A stretch of 64,000 bases of DNA. It comes from Monocercomonoides exilis PA203 (lineage: Eukaryota; Protista; Preaxostyla). Location: assembly GCA_001643675.2 (NCBI GenBank), contig LSRY02000003.1:1674001-1738000 (forward strand). Reading direction: 5' to 3'. Below the pieces are notes generated by a model. The model was not told where the DNA came from. It did not search any database and saw nothing but the letters and a program-made list of their open reading frames with translations. Made by a program: the position numbers and the translations under genes. Every line of letters begins with the position of its first letter. The stretch's first letter is position 1. Below, piece after piece: positions 10,970-25,284 of this stretch.

Positions 10970-12900
10970 TGACTGCCACAGCATGTCGAGCAGCTTCAGT
11001 TGCCTCATCTGAAATCCCACAACCAGCAGTCGACAGCAACAAGACACCAAACAGCACAACAAATTGTCCCTCCTCTCCTTTCCTCTCCTGAGTCTGTCAA
11101 CACATTCACCCAGCCACAAGCAGATTGTCTTCCTCATTCCCAGCGTTCAGAAACAGCCTGCTCCTCTCCCACAAAAAAAAAAACTGCACCCAGCCAACCT
11201 GCTGCTCCAATCACATTCAGACAATTCAAATGTTCACAAGAAAATAATATCAATCGCTTCGCGTTCCAATTCCGAGCAGCTCTCCTCAAAAAATGCTTGT
11301 TCCATCATCTCCTGCAGCTCCTGCGCTGAAGACTCGCGCCCAATCCAAAACTCGTCTGAATCCTGCAATTAATTCGCATCTCCTGCTGCTTCAGGCGCTT
11401 CTCCCCGGCTGCCCATCGCTTCCTCTCAGCAGCAGCGTCTTCCCCATTTTTTGAGGCATTTCCCCTTCAGCAAGAAGATTTTTGATGCTATCACCAAAGC
11501 CTGCCTCAGCCACAATCAGCAAATCTCACTCAATCGAGGCCGACTGGCCAAAAGCAGCAAAACAAGCTCCAGAAAACATAGCACAGAACAAAACCAAACT
11601 CTCTCCAGATTGCACTCAAAATGCATCGCTTCTCCAATGACAAGCAAAATCGCCCCAACAAAATTAGCCTTCCTGCCTGAAACGTCCCATCCAGCCTCAA
11701 ACATTCGCTGATCGCCATCCAAAAATAAAAAAAGAAAAGAAAAGAAATTGTTGCATTTCTCCGCTTCTTCCCATCGCACACTCCAAAAAGTTGCTTTTCT
11801 CGCTCATCTGCCCCTCCTTCCCCATTTTGTTTGCTTGCTTGTTTGGCCTCTCAATCCATGCTGCCCCTCTTTCCTCGTATTTTCTTCTTCAACAGCAAAA
11901 TAAAAGCCCTCGCAAATTCGTGCAGAATCGCCATGCATGCGGAGCAAGTGATTCTCCTGCTGCCAGACTTGCCTTCCCAGCACATCCCTTGCCGTGTCCT
12001 AACAAAAGCAGAGCATTCACATTCGAACTGAAATTACCCTGCGACAATCGCTTTGCTGCTGGCACTTGTGCTCCAACAGCATCAGCAGCTCCAAGCACCC
12101 GCTCTATTGCGGTCGCTTTCATCGCCACAACACTCCCCTTCCAACGAAGCGCTTTCAGCAACCGCTGCAGCTGCACCCCGCCGGTTCCAATGACAGAATC
12201 TCCCTGATCCAACATTGCAGGCACAGCCCTCAATTTCGAACTCTTTTGCGGCAGGTCTAATGGCATCATCCACTTGCGCCTTGGCAGTGATCCCATCGTC
12301 CAGATGCATCGCCCTTATGCCTCTCAAATTCGCATGCCCCAAGGGCTCATCCCCCCGAGGTTAAATCGATCCAGAACAACTCTTTCAATCATTTCCTTTG
12401 CGCGCTGCTTGTTCACCAATCACAAAAACGAATCAATTCTTAGAGGGAAATTTTTTCAATAATGATTTTACAGCAGTAATCGAACTATACATTGCATCGT
12501 CATACACGGCTATCTCATTGCCGAGTGCACAAATTAATTCTTCACAAGAACGCAAAGGTAAACCTGATTCGAGGATGGCCCGCTTTGCTTTGCACCCATG
12601 TTAGAGAAAAAGTGGAGCAATATATCTCCAAAGCCAATCCCCTTGCCGGCGATACAAATAGCATCAGTGACGCCATGACAGAGGAAAGAAGACAAAGACA
12701 GCACATTCAATGAGACAGAAGAATTTCAAGCATAAAAGCTTCTTCTCAAGCCCAAAAGTGAAAATGTTCTCATAGAATTCATTCATTGCACGAGTAATGC
12801 AGTTGTAAAATGTAATGATCTCCTTGTTGCGACAAATCAGCATCCGGATCTGCGTTCTCACACAAAAACTATCAAATTAACCGCTCAAACAAATTGAAAC
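10970..12900. other. GC-richer degenerate segment starting after a (TG)n tract; unidentified decayed gene or element (mirrored ~28320-30250)
   Basis: Higher GC/CpG than the surroundings and only short broken ORFs. No domain recognised with confidence. Confidence 0.3.
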
Positions 12901-15900
12901 TCATGCCACAAAAACAGGGCGTCTTCCCCGCATGTAATGATTTATGCTCTTGCAAAAGGAACCTGTTTGCTAGCAGTTCATATTTTCGTTCAGAGACAGC
13001 TCGTTTCGGACAAAACTTGCCCATCTGAACTTCTTAAAAGTTTTCCTTTTACACACTACTTCCGCACACTTGCCTCACACAATACAATTTTGTTCATTCA
13101 ATTCTATCGCAATTCAATGCTGCTGTCTGGTCTGAAGCATCAGCCAGCTGATTTAAATCATTCCGCGCAATGCCCGATTCGTTTCAAGGTTCAGCGCATC
13201 AGCTTTCACGAAAAAATATTGATTCAAATTATGCATTTCCAGATAAACAGAGAAAATCATATTATGCGCGTAAAACGACTCAAAACTCGCATAAAAATTC
13301 AATTAAGTATTTTGTATTTGATTATGGTTATAAATGCATCATTATCGAGCAAAGCTCTGGAGCTATTCGTCGCAAGATTTGTTAATAATTATCTGCAACA
13401 AATGAAAAGCAAATATTGTTTTCAGAATCAATGGAACATTCGTTATGAAGAAAAATGGATTATGATCATCAAAATACTTTTGTATTGTATTTCCGGTGGC
13501 TGTTCGGAATGGGGTCTATTTCGTTGGTTATGTCGAAACAACTCATTTTAAAGCTAAATGAAACATTAACATATGTGCTTGTGAGTTATTTTTCATGCTT
13601 TGTTGCACATGAATGGAAACTATTTTTCTGCAGAATGAATGATGCGTCAGCGCAAAGCACTGCACCTGTACAGCAATAGACGAAAGACAATGATATCCTG
13701 TAATTGTTGCTAAGATCGCATTAAAATGGGCCCAGAAGAAAAATTTGAGGATGGAAAGTCTTTATGAATGGTAATTATTCAGAATATTGGAGAATACGAA
13801 ATAAAAGAGAGGAACGAAAAATATCCATTTGAACATACGAAAATGATACATTTTATGTTGAAGGTTATTTTTGTACGATGATCCAGATGAATATTCTTCG
13901 TTTTGGGATCATATATTTTCAAGCTGGATTGAGCAAAGAGAAAAAGAAAAAGAAAAAGAAAAAAAAGAGAAATGTGGAAAAGAAGAAATTCAAGAGTTGT
14001 GCGAGATAAATGAAATGCTAAAACAGTCAAGCCAATCTGAAACGAATATTGAAAAGGGATAAAGGCCAATTGATAACTGCAAAGAAAAATAGAGGGAGCA
14101 ATGATAACAAAAGGAGAATAAGTTAGAGAAAATGAAAGAAGGGAACTGCTATTTGCGAAGAGCAAAACAAGTGATTAAAAAGGTGATGAATTTGATTAAG
14201 ACAATGAGCAAGGCAAGGGAATGTTTTGTGTTTGCCTGTACCAAACAAAGACAGCAAACAGCAGTATCTGCTAAATTGACTGCTTATTTCATTCATTTGT
14301 TCTTCGACTTGTTTGCCTCAGCTGTAAATCCAATAAAGCAACAGGGCTTGCAAACGCAGTTGTCTGACAAAAACAAAAGGACCTATTTTTGCAGAGCGAA
14401 ACAACGGAACAGGAAGCAAGTTTGAAGGGGTAAAATCCGCCTTCGAGGCAACCACGATTTACAAAGCATGGCAGAGTATTCCAACAGAGAAATGATTCAT
14501 TGCAGCAAATAGACATGAAAATGAAAAAGGGGAGAATTGCAAAAAGAGACGAATGACAGGGCATCATAAGAGAAAGCAAAGAAGAAAATGGAAATGTTGG
14601 CTAACTTTGTGATGCAAATGAGAAAGAAAAATGGAAAAGATGAAGAAAACTTCCGAAAAGTGGAAGACTTGAGATTGATTCTAAATGAGCAGAAAGCAAC
14701 AGAGCAAAATACGATGAAGCGAAATGAATGCAAGCGTGGTGGCAACAAAAAATGAGAAATGAGTAGAAGAGATATTTCAAGCAAACGAAAAACAGCACCA
14801 AAGTGATCAAAAACAAACAAAGAAAGAAAAGAAAAGAAAAAAATGCCAGTTTGGATTTGATTGAAAAGAAAAATGCGGCGGTATCAAACAGGTGGTTCAT
14901 TGCTGCTATCGTCCTTTTCTTGTTCTTCTTCATATCAACTGGGCGTGCTCCAAAGTGTGTCAGATATTTACTACTTGTTGCCGCATGCTGTTCTTTTCAT
15001 CTTCACAGGTTTTTTTTCGTTTTGTCTCATTGCTTTTCACTTTTCTTTTCCAGAAAACGCTCAATCTTGTGTTGCTCTCTCCCCTTCCCTCTTCTGAAGC
15101 ATTGATATTTATCAACGCTTTTTGCCTCAAACTACATTGGCATCGAAAGGTGTTTGCACAACTTAAGCTTCGTGTGACAATCACATGCTAATAATAAGTG
15201 ATGGCAAGGGTTATTCCACTTCCCCCATTCCTTCGTTTTCTGCTTCCTTTTCCTCCTCATTTTTGTCAAACTTCTGCAACATCATCGCAAGGATTCCACC
15301 TCACAAATCACATTTCTGTTCTTTGTGATGTCTTTCATCTTCGTCTTCTTCACTCACTTCAATGGATATCAAAAATATTGTTGCTTTCTTCCCATGCAAA
15401 TCCATCAGATTCAATGATAGACCCTATCTCTCGTGACTACTCAGGAGCACAACACTTATTTTCAATTTGTCATGAGCAGCAGCTGAGTCTGTGCAAGAAT
15501 GGAAGAGATATTATTTTGAGCAAAGAAATGTCGATCAGCAGGCATGCAACAAAAAAAAATGAGGTTGATTCTGACTTTTCGTATAAATATTAAAGGAAGC
15601 ACAGATAAAAAGGAAAGAGAAGAACAGGACGGTGGAGATTATTTGGAATGAATGGTTTCATTGACGACCTTCGACGAAGTTAACAATTCTTTGAGTCTTC
15701 AACGCGCCATCGAAGATGAAATGAGGAGAAGAATAAAATTTGAAAGAAAAACATATCTGAAGAATAATTCAATGAGATACGAGCACAAATTTGTGAAGGA
15801 TTAGATGAAGCGGGCAAAACAAAAGAAATGGATATATTTGAAAAATTATCAAAAATGATTGAAAAAACACTTTTTGAGGAAAGGAAAACGATAATATCTG

Positions 15901-16141
15901 CTTTTCATGAGCTTTATTTGCATCGATGAAGAAGCGAAATCAGATGAAGAAACCTCGAAGAAATATTTTCACCTGGGCTGATTTTAGGCTCTTTGAAAAA
16001 TAAGTAATGATACATTCTTCAGAAGAATGTGATATGAAAGCGCCTGAATTTTGCAATAATATGGAAAATGTCACAATAAGATGAAACGATTGAGGAAAGC
16101 CAAACATTAAAAATGACGAAAATGAAAGGAATAAAAAGAAA

Positions 16142-17362
16142 TCAGAAAAATGCATCTTTTCCTGTGATTTTTGTATTTGGGGCACGGAATGTGAGAGTCT
16201 TTGTTGGAGTGAAAGTTGAGACGAGAAGAGAGAGGGAGGCATCGCTGAAGGGAGCAACGCATCCGAGGGCATACTCCACAGTGGCACATGGGCTTTGCTG
16301 TGTTTTGCCACAGGCATCAGAATTAGTTCCACCATTTGCAACTATTTTGTTCTGGTCGATGATTGGAAGCCAACTGTTGTACACATCACTATCAGCTTTT
16401 CCATTATTCCACACTCTTTTTGATTCTGTTGTTGATCCACATTGCTGGAATGGAGATTGGGTGATGCTGCTTCCACCGAAGAACACGTCGTTTCCTCTGC
16501 CATTTTTGGCAGTGTTGCCATCAAAGAAACAGAAAGTAATGAATTTATTTCCGCTCATCCAGGAATAAGTGACATCCAAATAAATACCTGCCCCACCAAG
16601 AGTTGAAGTTGAACTTGTCAATTTGTTGTTTATGAATTGGCACTCATTAACAAAAAATTGATTTGGCTTATTTACAGGAGGATCATTGAATGTTAAAGAA
16701 CCAGCAGCATCACCACCTGAGTTTGAAATGCACTTGCATTTTGTGAACAGGAATTGACCGTTTGACGGAAAACCTCCAATCGCAAAATACCAACCAGTTC
16801 CACACCAATCAGTTATTGAACAACTTTCCACTCTGTTTTCTGAGAATGAATAAACAGAAATGGATTGCGGCCCAGCTATACAAATTGCTCCTCCATGAGC
16901 AGCTGAACAGCTTGTGAAATTGGATTTTGAGATGTCAATTTTCAGCAGGTTATCGCAACGTATTGCTCCACCATGATTTGTATTTGAACAATTGTTGAAC
17001 GAACAAGAAGTGATTGTGAGATTTGCATTAGTGCAATTAACTTTAAGAGCTCCGCCGTTATTTGATCCACCATTTGAATTATTCCATTCGCACCACTCAA
17101 ATTTATGGCTGTTAACATCAAATGAAGTCAATCTTCCAGGTGATTTTCTGTGAGTTTCATTTCCTTCATATACAACAGCAGCATTTGATGATGATCGAGT
17201 TTGATGGAGGAAAGATGTGTTGAAGGCAGAAAGAGAAGTGGAGGGGCTGTTGAGGGAAGGGAGAATGGCACCATCGATGGGGTTGTGAGTGTGGAGGAAG
17301 ATGGTTGAGTGGAATGCGAAAAATATTTGGAGGATTTTGTTTGCAAGAAGAAGAACACACAA
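16142..17362 (-). pseudogene. Copy C: leaderless beta-helix cassette truncated at 'TKITG'
   Basis: HTHNPIDG...WLPIIDQNKIVANGGTNSDACGKTQQSPCATVEYAL...NTKITGK, followed by T-rich non-homologous sequence. No in-frame ATG at the 5' end. Confidence 0.75.
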
Positions 17363-17832
17363 AAATGAAAGAAGAAAACCAGAAAAAATGATTTCTCCGA
17401 AACTCTCTGTTTTTATTTGTTATCATTTGCCTTCACAATTTTCAACAATTAATCATCTCAATTGATTCACTTTTTCTTCTCCTTCTCCTTCAAACATATC
17501 AACAACATATCACACAATTTCTTCTTTGACTTCATCATTCACTTCCCAATTTTTAATTCTTCATCAATTGCTTCAGCTGCAGAGATGATAAGAGAAACGA
17601 AGAAGAAACGAAATAATTTTGCAGTTGAAGGAAAAACTTACAAATAAAATTTAGAGGAAGAAGAATGAGAGAAGAGGCGAAAAAGAAAGCAAATGAAGAG
17701 TCTATTTTGAAAGAGGATTCAGAAAGAAAATGGAATTGAAGGATTATGCAAATTTTTTGAATGAAAAGACGAAGATGGAAGGAGAGAAGATTCGGGTTGG
17801 AAGTTGAATTTGCGAAGAGAAGGAAACAGCAA

Positions 17833-18972
17833 CTAATTCAGAGAAAAGCATTTGGATAGACAGAGGATAAATTTGAGTAAAGAAACAACAACAAGCAATT
17901 CAGGGTGATGCAATTCAGAAGAAATTAAAAATATGATTAACGAGAGAAAAGAAGGAATATGAGAAGCAGGAGGAAAAAATAATTGGAAAAGAGAAGATAG
18001 TGAAAAAAGCTTTTTGTTGGAAGAATTAGTTAAGAAAAGATGAGAGAGCCAGCCATTGTACTCGGTATTATCAGCTGTTCCTTGATTCCACACTCTTTTT
18101 GATGGAGTCGTTGAGCCACATTGCTGGAATGGAGATTGAGTGATGCTGCTGCCATTGAAAAAGACATCATTCCCTCTGCCATTCGTTGCGGAATTGCCAT
18201 CGAAGAAACAGAAAGTGATGAATTTAACTCCATTCATCCAAGAGTAAGTTCCATCAAAGTATATTCCGGCTCCACCCCAAGAGGATGATGAAGTTAACTT
18301 ATTATTGATGAACTGACACTCAACGATTGAAAACAGGTTGGGCTTGTTATTCGGAGGCCAATGAAACGTGAGAGAGCCAGTTGAATCGTTGCCAGAATTT
18401 GCGATGCACTTGCAGTTTGTGAACAAGAATTGAGCATTTGATGGCATATCATTGAGCCAGAAATACCAGCCAGTTCCACACCAATTTGTGATTGAGCAAC
18501 TTTCCACTTTGTTTTCTGAGAATGTCCAAGCAGAATTTGATTGAGGAGTCCATATCGCTGCTGCTCCTCCATGAAGCGCAGAACAGCTTGTGAAATTAGA
18601 TTTTGTGAGGCTGATTTTCAACAAGTAATCACAACATAACGCTCCACCACTATATCCACCTGTGGTTGAACAATTGTTGAATGAGCAAGAAGTGATCGAT
18701 AAATTTGCGTTTGTGCAATTGACTTTCAGAGCACCTCCTTGATCATTTCCGCTATATGAATCATTCCATTCACACCACTCAAAACGATGGCTGTTAACAT
18801 CAAATGAAGTCAATCTTCCAGGTGATTTTCTGTGAGTTTCATTTCCTTCATATACAACAGCAGCATTTGATGATGATCGAGTTTGGTGAAGAAAAGAGGT
18901 GTTGAAGGCAGAGAGAGAAGTGGAGGGGCTGTTGAGGTTGGGGAGGATGGCACCATCGATGGGGTTGTGAGT
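17833..18972 (-). pseudogene. Copy D: leaderless beta-helix cassette truncated at 'YNGWL'
   Basis: Homology begins at ACTCACAACCCCATCGATGG (~18972). The variable domain is intact and then runs into the shared linker. Confidence 0.75.
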
Positions 18973-21900
18973 CGTGTGAATGGAAACGTCAATAGAAAAA
19001 GAATCGAGCTATTCATATGCAGCATGTTGTTATGATGATACTTTCTAATGTTCAAATTCAAGTTAACGAAAAGAAGAAACCAAAAATCAACAGCCTTGTT
19101 CAAGTTTTCTATGGAATATTATTTTTGAACGAGTGAGCGATGCAGCAGGAGAAGAAGAAAAAGATTTTCATTAGAGTATGAATTGCTTTGTTGAAAGAAT
19201 GAGTGTTATTTGAAATTGGAATAACGCGTTGACTGAGATTATGATATTTGTTGTGAGCATTTTCATTCTGTTTGTATTCTGAACGATTGTGCTTTCTGTG
19301 AAAAAGGCATAAAAAGATTGATAAAAAATATCTGTTCTTATTTTTTAATTCTTTTCAAAAGTCAGTTGCACAAAAAAATAATTTGAAATGGGAATTTTTG
19401 TGCACAAAATGATGAGTTTGCGGTTTGCTATTATCAAAATTTGAAAGAGTTGTAAATTGCTAATTTTCACGAAACGGAGTTATTTGTTTGTTCAGATTTT
19501 TTTTTGAAAATATTTAAAATAAAAAATTTTTCCTGGGAATGTAGATAATTGTGGATATCTTTGTAACAGTTCAAGCCTCACAACAACTATTGATATTTAT
19601 TTGAATTACTGTTTTGATGTGGTTATTTTTTTTTTTTTTAATAAATAAAATAAATTATTGGCAAACCCATACCGCCATTGGTCATTGTGATTTCACTTCT
19701 TCTACAATATCCATATTAAAAGCAAAAAACATTTCTTTTCATTGAAAATATTTTCCAACAACAAAAAACACCATAACAAACTGAAATATTGATTGTTTAT
19801 GAATTCAATTTTTGAATACTCTTTTTTCGTTAAACTATTTTTTTTTAACTCATTTTTGAAATTCTATTTTGTCTGTCAAACATTTCGGTTTGAAAATTTG
19901 TAAGATGTCACGTATTGAGTCCCAATTTTAAGCTGTAAAATAATATGAATAATTCACCATACACCAAAAAATTATTCAAGACCGAAAAACTTTAATTCAA
20001 CATCGAAAATTATTATTCAACATCGATAAAGTTTAATTCAATATCTTAAATTTATTAAAATCAAAAATTTATACTCATATCAGTTTCTTTTTTTTTTTTT
20101 TAATAGGGTCAACTTTTTTATGGGACTTTTTCCTTTATTGGCACTTTTTTTGTTTTTGCATGCCAGTCATTCAATAAAGCTTGATGAACCACAACACTCG
20201 GGCGAGGGTGTTTATAAAACAAATACATTAAATTACCGGTTTGTTTTTTAAATATTGTTTATTTTTCGTAGAGATACAGCAATTTTTTATTGATTTTGAA
20301 GTGACTTTTTTCAGCCGAGGAAGCATTTCACAAAAATAAGAAATCCATTTTTAAAAACTACTAGCATTATCCTTTTTATATTCAAAATCTTAAGTTTAAC
20401 AACTTGTTTTTTCTTCAGTTTTTCACATTTTACTTTTTTTATCAACATGCGAACACAATTTTGAAAATTTCTTTGGTATTAAAATGAAGTGTTAAAAATA
20501 AAAATATGATATGAAAAATACACACTCTTATTAAGAAGTGTGAAAAAGGTTCAACATTAAAATTTTCTATTTGCATCAAACAGGTGAATGGTAACAACAT
20601 TGAATGATCTGAGATCACACTTATTCTATTTTGATGTGTTGAAAGCAATTAGAAAATTTTAATGTTGAACATTTTTCACACTTCTTAATAAGAGTGTGTA
20701 TTTTTCATATCATATTTTTATTTTTAACACTTCATTTTAATACCAAAGAAATTTTCAAAATTGTGTTCGCATGTTGATAAAAAAAGTAAAATGTGAAAAA
20801 CTGAAGAAAAAACAAGTTGTTAAACTTAAGATTTTGAATATAAAAAGGATAATGCTAGTAGTTTTTAAAAATGGATTTCTTATTTTTGTGAAATGCTTCC
20901 TCGGCTGAAAAAAGTCACTTCAAAATCAATAAAAAATTGCTGTATCTCTACGAAAAATAAACAATATTTAAAAAACAAACCGGTAATTTAATGTATTTGT
21001 TTTATAAACACCCTCGCCCGAGTGTTGTGGTTCATCAAGCTTTATTGAATGACTGGCATGCAAAAACAAAAAAAGTGCCAATAAAGGAAAAAGTCCCATA
21101 AAAAAGTTGACCCTATTAAAAAAAAAAAAAAAGAAACTGATATGAGTATAAATTTTTGATTTTAATAAATTTAAGATATTGAATTAAACTTTATCGATGT
21201 TGAATAATAATTTTCGATGTTGAATTAAAGTTTTTCGGTCTTGAATAATTTTTTGGTGTATGGTGAATTATTCATATTATTTTACAGCTTAAAATTGGGA
21301 CTCAATACGTGACATCTTACAAATTTTCAAACCGAAATGTTTGACAGACAAAATAGAATTTCAAAAATGAGTTAAAAAAAAATAGTTTAACGAAAAAAGA
21401 GTATTCAAAAATTGAATTCATAAACAATCAATATTTCAGTTTGTTATGGTGTTTTTTGTTGTTGGAAAATATTTTTCAATGAAAAGAAATGTTTTTTGCT
21501 TTTAATATGGATATTGTAGAAGAAGTGAAATCACAATGACCAATGGCGGTATGGGTTTGCCAATAATTTATTTTATTTATTAAAAAAAAAAAAAATAACC
21601 ACATCAAAACAGTAATTCAAATAAATATCAATAGTTGTTGTGAGGCTTGAACTGTTACAAAGATATCCACAATTATCTACATTCCCAGGAAAAAATTTTT
21701 TATTTTAAATATTTTCAAAAAAAAATCTGAACAAACAAATAACTCCGTTTCGTGAAAATTAGCAATTTACAACTCTTTCAAATTTTGATAATAGCAAACC
21801 GCAAACTCATCATTTTGTGCACAAAAATTCCCATTTCAAATTATTTTTTTGTGCAACTGACTTTTGAAAAGAATTAAAAAATAAGAACAGATATTTTTTA

Positions 21901-22249
21901 TCAATCTTTTTATGCCTTTTTCACAGAAAGCACAATCGTTCAGAATACAAACAGAATGAAAATGCTCACAACAAATATCATAATCTCAGTCAACGCGTTA
22001 TTCCAATTTCAAATAACACTCATTCTTTCAACAAAGCAATTCATACTCTAATGAAAATCTTTTTCTTCTTCTCCTGCTGCATCGCTCACTCGTTCAAAAA
22101 TAATATTCCATAGAAAACTTGAACAAGGCTGTTGATTTTTGGTTTCTTCTTTTCGTTAACTTGAATTTGAACATTAGAAAGTATCATCATAACAACATGC
22201 TGCATATGAATAGCTCGATTCTTTTTCTATTGACGTTTCCATTCACACG

Positions 22250-23389
22250 ACTCACAACCCCATCGATGGTGCCATCCTCCCCAACCTCAACAGCCCCTCC
22301 ACTTCTCTCTCTGCCTTCAACACCTCTTTTCTTCACCAAACTCGATCATCATCAAATGCTGCTGTTGTATATGAAGGAAATGAAACTCACAGAAAATCAC
22401 CTGGAAGATTGACTTCATTTGATGTTAACAGCCATCGTTTTGAGTGGTGTGAATGGAATGATTCATATAGCGGAAATGATCAAGGAGGTGCTCTGAAAGT
22501 CAATTGCACAAACGCAAATTTATCGATCACTTCTTGCTCATTCAACAATTGTTCAACCACAGGTGGATATAGTGGTGGAGCGTTATGTTGTGATTACTTG
22601 TTGAAAATCAGCCTCACAAAATCTAATTTCACAAGCTGTTCTGCGCTTCATGGAGGAGCAGCAGCGATATGGACTCCTCAATCAAATTCTGCTTGGACAT
22701 TCTCAGAAAACAAAGTGGAAAGTTGCTCAATCACAAATTGGTGTGGAACTGGCTGGTATTTCTGGCTCAATGATATGCCATCAAATGCTCAATTCTTGTT
22801 CACAAACTGCAAGTGCATCGCAAATTCTGGCAACGATTCAACTGGCTCTCTCACGTTTCATTGGCCTCCGAATAACAAGCCCAACCTGTTTTCAATCGTT
22901 GAGTGTCAGTTCATCAATAATAAGTTAACTTCATCATCCTCTTGGGGTGGAGCCGGAATATACTTTGATGGAACTTACTCTTGGATGAATGGAGTTAAAT
23001 TCATCACTTTCTGTTTCTTCGATGGCAATTCCGCAACGAATGGCAGAGGGAATGATGTCTTTTTCAATGGCAGCAGCATCACTCAATCTCCATTCCAGCA
23101 ATGTGGCTCAACGACTCCATCAAAAAGAGTGTGGAATCAAGGAACAGCTGATAATACCGAGTACAATGGCTGGCTCTCTCATCTTTTCTTAACTAATTCT
23201 TCCAACAAAAAGCTTTTTTCACTATCTTCTCTTTTCCAATTATTTTTTCCTCCTGCTTCTCATATTCCTTCTTTTCTCTCGTTAATCATATTTTTAATTT
23301 CTTCTGAATTGCATCACCCTGAATTGCTTGTTGTTGTTTCTTTACTCAAATTTATCCTCTGTCTATCCAAATGCTTTTCTCTGAATTAG
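22250..23389 (+). pseudogene. Copy D' (palindromic mirror of D)
   Basis: Translation identical to 17833..18813. Confidence 0.75.
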
Positions 23390-23859
23390 TTGCTGTTTCC
23401 TTCTCTTCGCAAATTCAACTTCCAACCCGAATCTTCTCTCCTTCCATCTTCGTCTTTTCATTCAAAAAATTTGCATAATCCTTCAATTCCATTTTCTTTC
23501 TGAATCCTCTTTCAAAATAGACTCTTCATTTGCTTTCTTTTTCGCCTCTTCTCTCATTCTTCTTCCTCTAAATTTTATTTGTAAGTTTTTCCTTCAACTG
23601 CAAAATTATTTCGTTTCTTCTTCGTTTCTCTTATCATCTCTGCAGCTGAAGCAATTGATGAAGAATTAAAAATTGGGAAGTGAATGATGAAGTCAAAGAA
23701 GAAATTGTGTGATATGTTGTTGATATGTTTGAAGGAGAAGGAGAAGAAAAAGTGAATCAATTGAGATGATTAATTGTTGAAAATTGTGAAGGCAAATGAT
23801 AACAAATAAAAACAGAGAGTTTCGGAGAAATCATTTTTTCTGGTTTTCTTCTTTCATTT

Positions 23860-25284
23860 TTGTGTGTTCTTCTTCTTGCAAACAAAATCCTCCAAATATT
23901 TTTCGCATTCCACTCAACCATCTTCCTCCACACTCACAACCCCATCGATGGTGCCATTCTCCCTTCCCTCAACAGCCCCTCCACTTCTCTTTCTGCCTTC
24001 AACACATCTTTCCTCCATCAAACTCGATCATCATCAAATGCTGCTGTTGTATATGAAGGAAATGAAACTCACAGAAAATCACCTGGAAGATTGACTTCAT
24101 TTGATGTTAACAGCCATAAATTTGAGTGGTGCGAATGGAATAATTCAAATGGTGGATCAAATAACGGCGGAGCTCTTAAAGTTAATTGCACTAATGCAAA
24201 TCTCACAATCACTTCTTGTTCGTTCAACAATTGTTCAAATACAAATCATGGTGGAGCAATACGTTGCGATAACCTGCTGAAAATTGACATCTCAAAATCC
24301 AATTTCACAAGCTGTTCAGCTGCTCATGGAGGAGCAATTTGTATAGCTGGGCCGCAATCCATTTCTGTTTATTCATTCTCAGAAAACAGAGTGGAAAGTT
24401 GTTCAATAACTGATTGGTGTGGAACTGGTTGGTATTTTGCGATTGGAGGTTTTCCGTCAAACGGTCAATTCCTGTTCACAAAATGCAAGTGCATTTCAAA
24501 CTCAGGTGGTGATGCTGCTGGTTCTTTAACATTCAATGATCCTCCTGTAAATAAGCCAAATCAATTTTTTGTTAATGAGTGCCAATTCATAAACAACAAA
24601 TTGACAAGTTCAACTTCAACTCTTGGTGGGGCAGGTATTTATTTGGATGTCACTTATTCCTGGATGAGCGGAAATAAATTCATTACTTTCTGTTTCTTTG
24701 ATGGCAACACTGCCAAAAATGGCAGAGGAAACGACGTGTTCTTCGGTGGAAGCAGCATCACCCAATCTCCATTCCAGCAATGTGGATCAACAACAGAATC
24801 AAAAAGAGTGTGGAATAATGGAAAAGCTGATAGTGATGTGTACAACAGTTGGCTTCCAATCATCGACCAGAACAAAATAGTTGCAAATGGTGGAACTAAT
24901 TCTGATGCCTGTGGCAAAACACAGCAAAGCCCATGTGCCACTGTGGAGTATGCCCTCGGATGCGTTGCTCCCTTCAGCGATGCCTCCCTCTCTCTTCTCG
25001 TCTCAACTTTCACTCCAACAAAGACTCTCACATTCCGTGCCCCAAATACAAAAATCACAGGAAAAGATGCATTTTTTCTGATTTCTTTTTTATTCCTTTC
25101 ATTTTCGTCATTTTTAATGTTTGGCTTTCCTCAATCGTTTCATCTTATTGTGACATTTTCCATATTATTGCAAAATTCAGGCGCTTTCATATCACATTCT
25201 TCTGAAGAATGTATCATTACTTATTTTTCAAAGAGCCTAAAATCAGCCCAGGTGAAAATATTTCTTCGAGGTTTCTTCATCTGA
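23860..25284 (+). pseudogene. Copy C' (palindromic mirror of C)
   Basis: Identical to C except T5 vs T6 at ~25072, which changes only the non-homologous tail. Confidence 0.75.

Noticed and set aside
11530-11781. LDGTF motif suggesting a MULE transposase (or DIRS-like remnants in the GC-rich segment)
   Set aside because: It is a five-residue match in a short non-ATG ORF with no supporting motifs, TIRs or TSD.
12937-15593. Numerous 60-200 aa ORFs inside the palindrome arms
   Set aside because: No recognisable domains, frequent non-ATG starts and frame breaks between arms. Treated as decayed or non-coding.
25065-25284. Different C-termini of C versus C' (and other arm-specific ORF length differences)
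   Set aside because: They are caused by single-base homopolymer indels, most likely sequencing or consensus errors.
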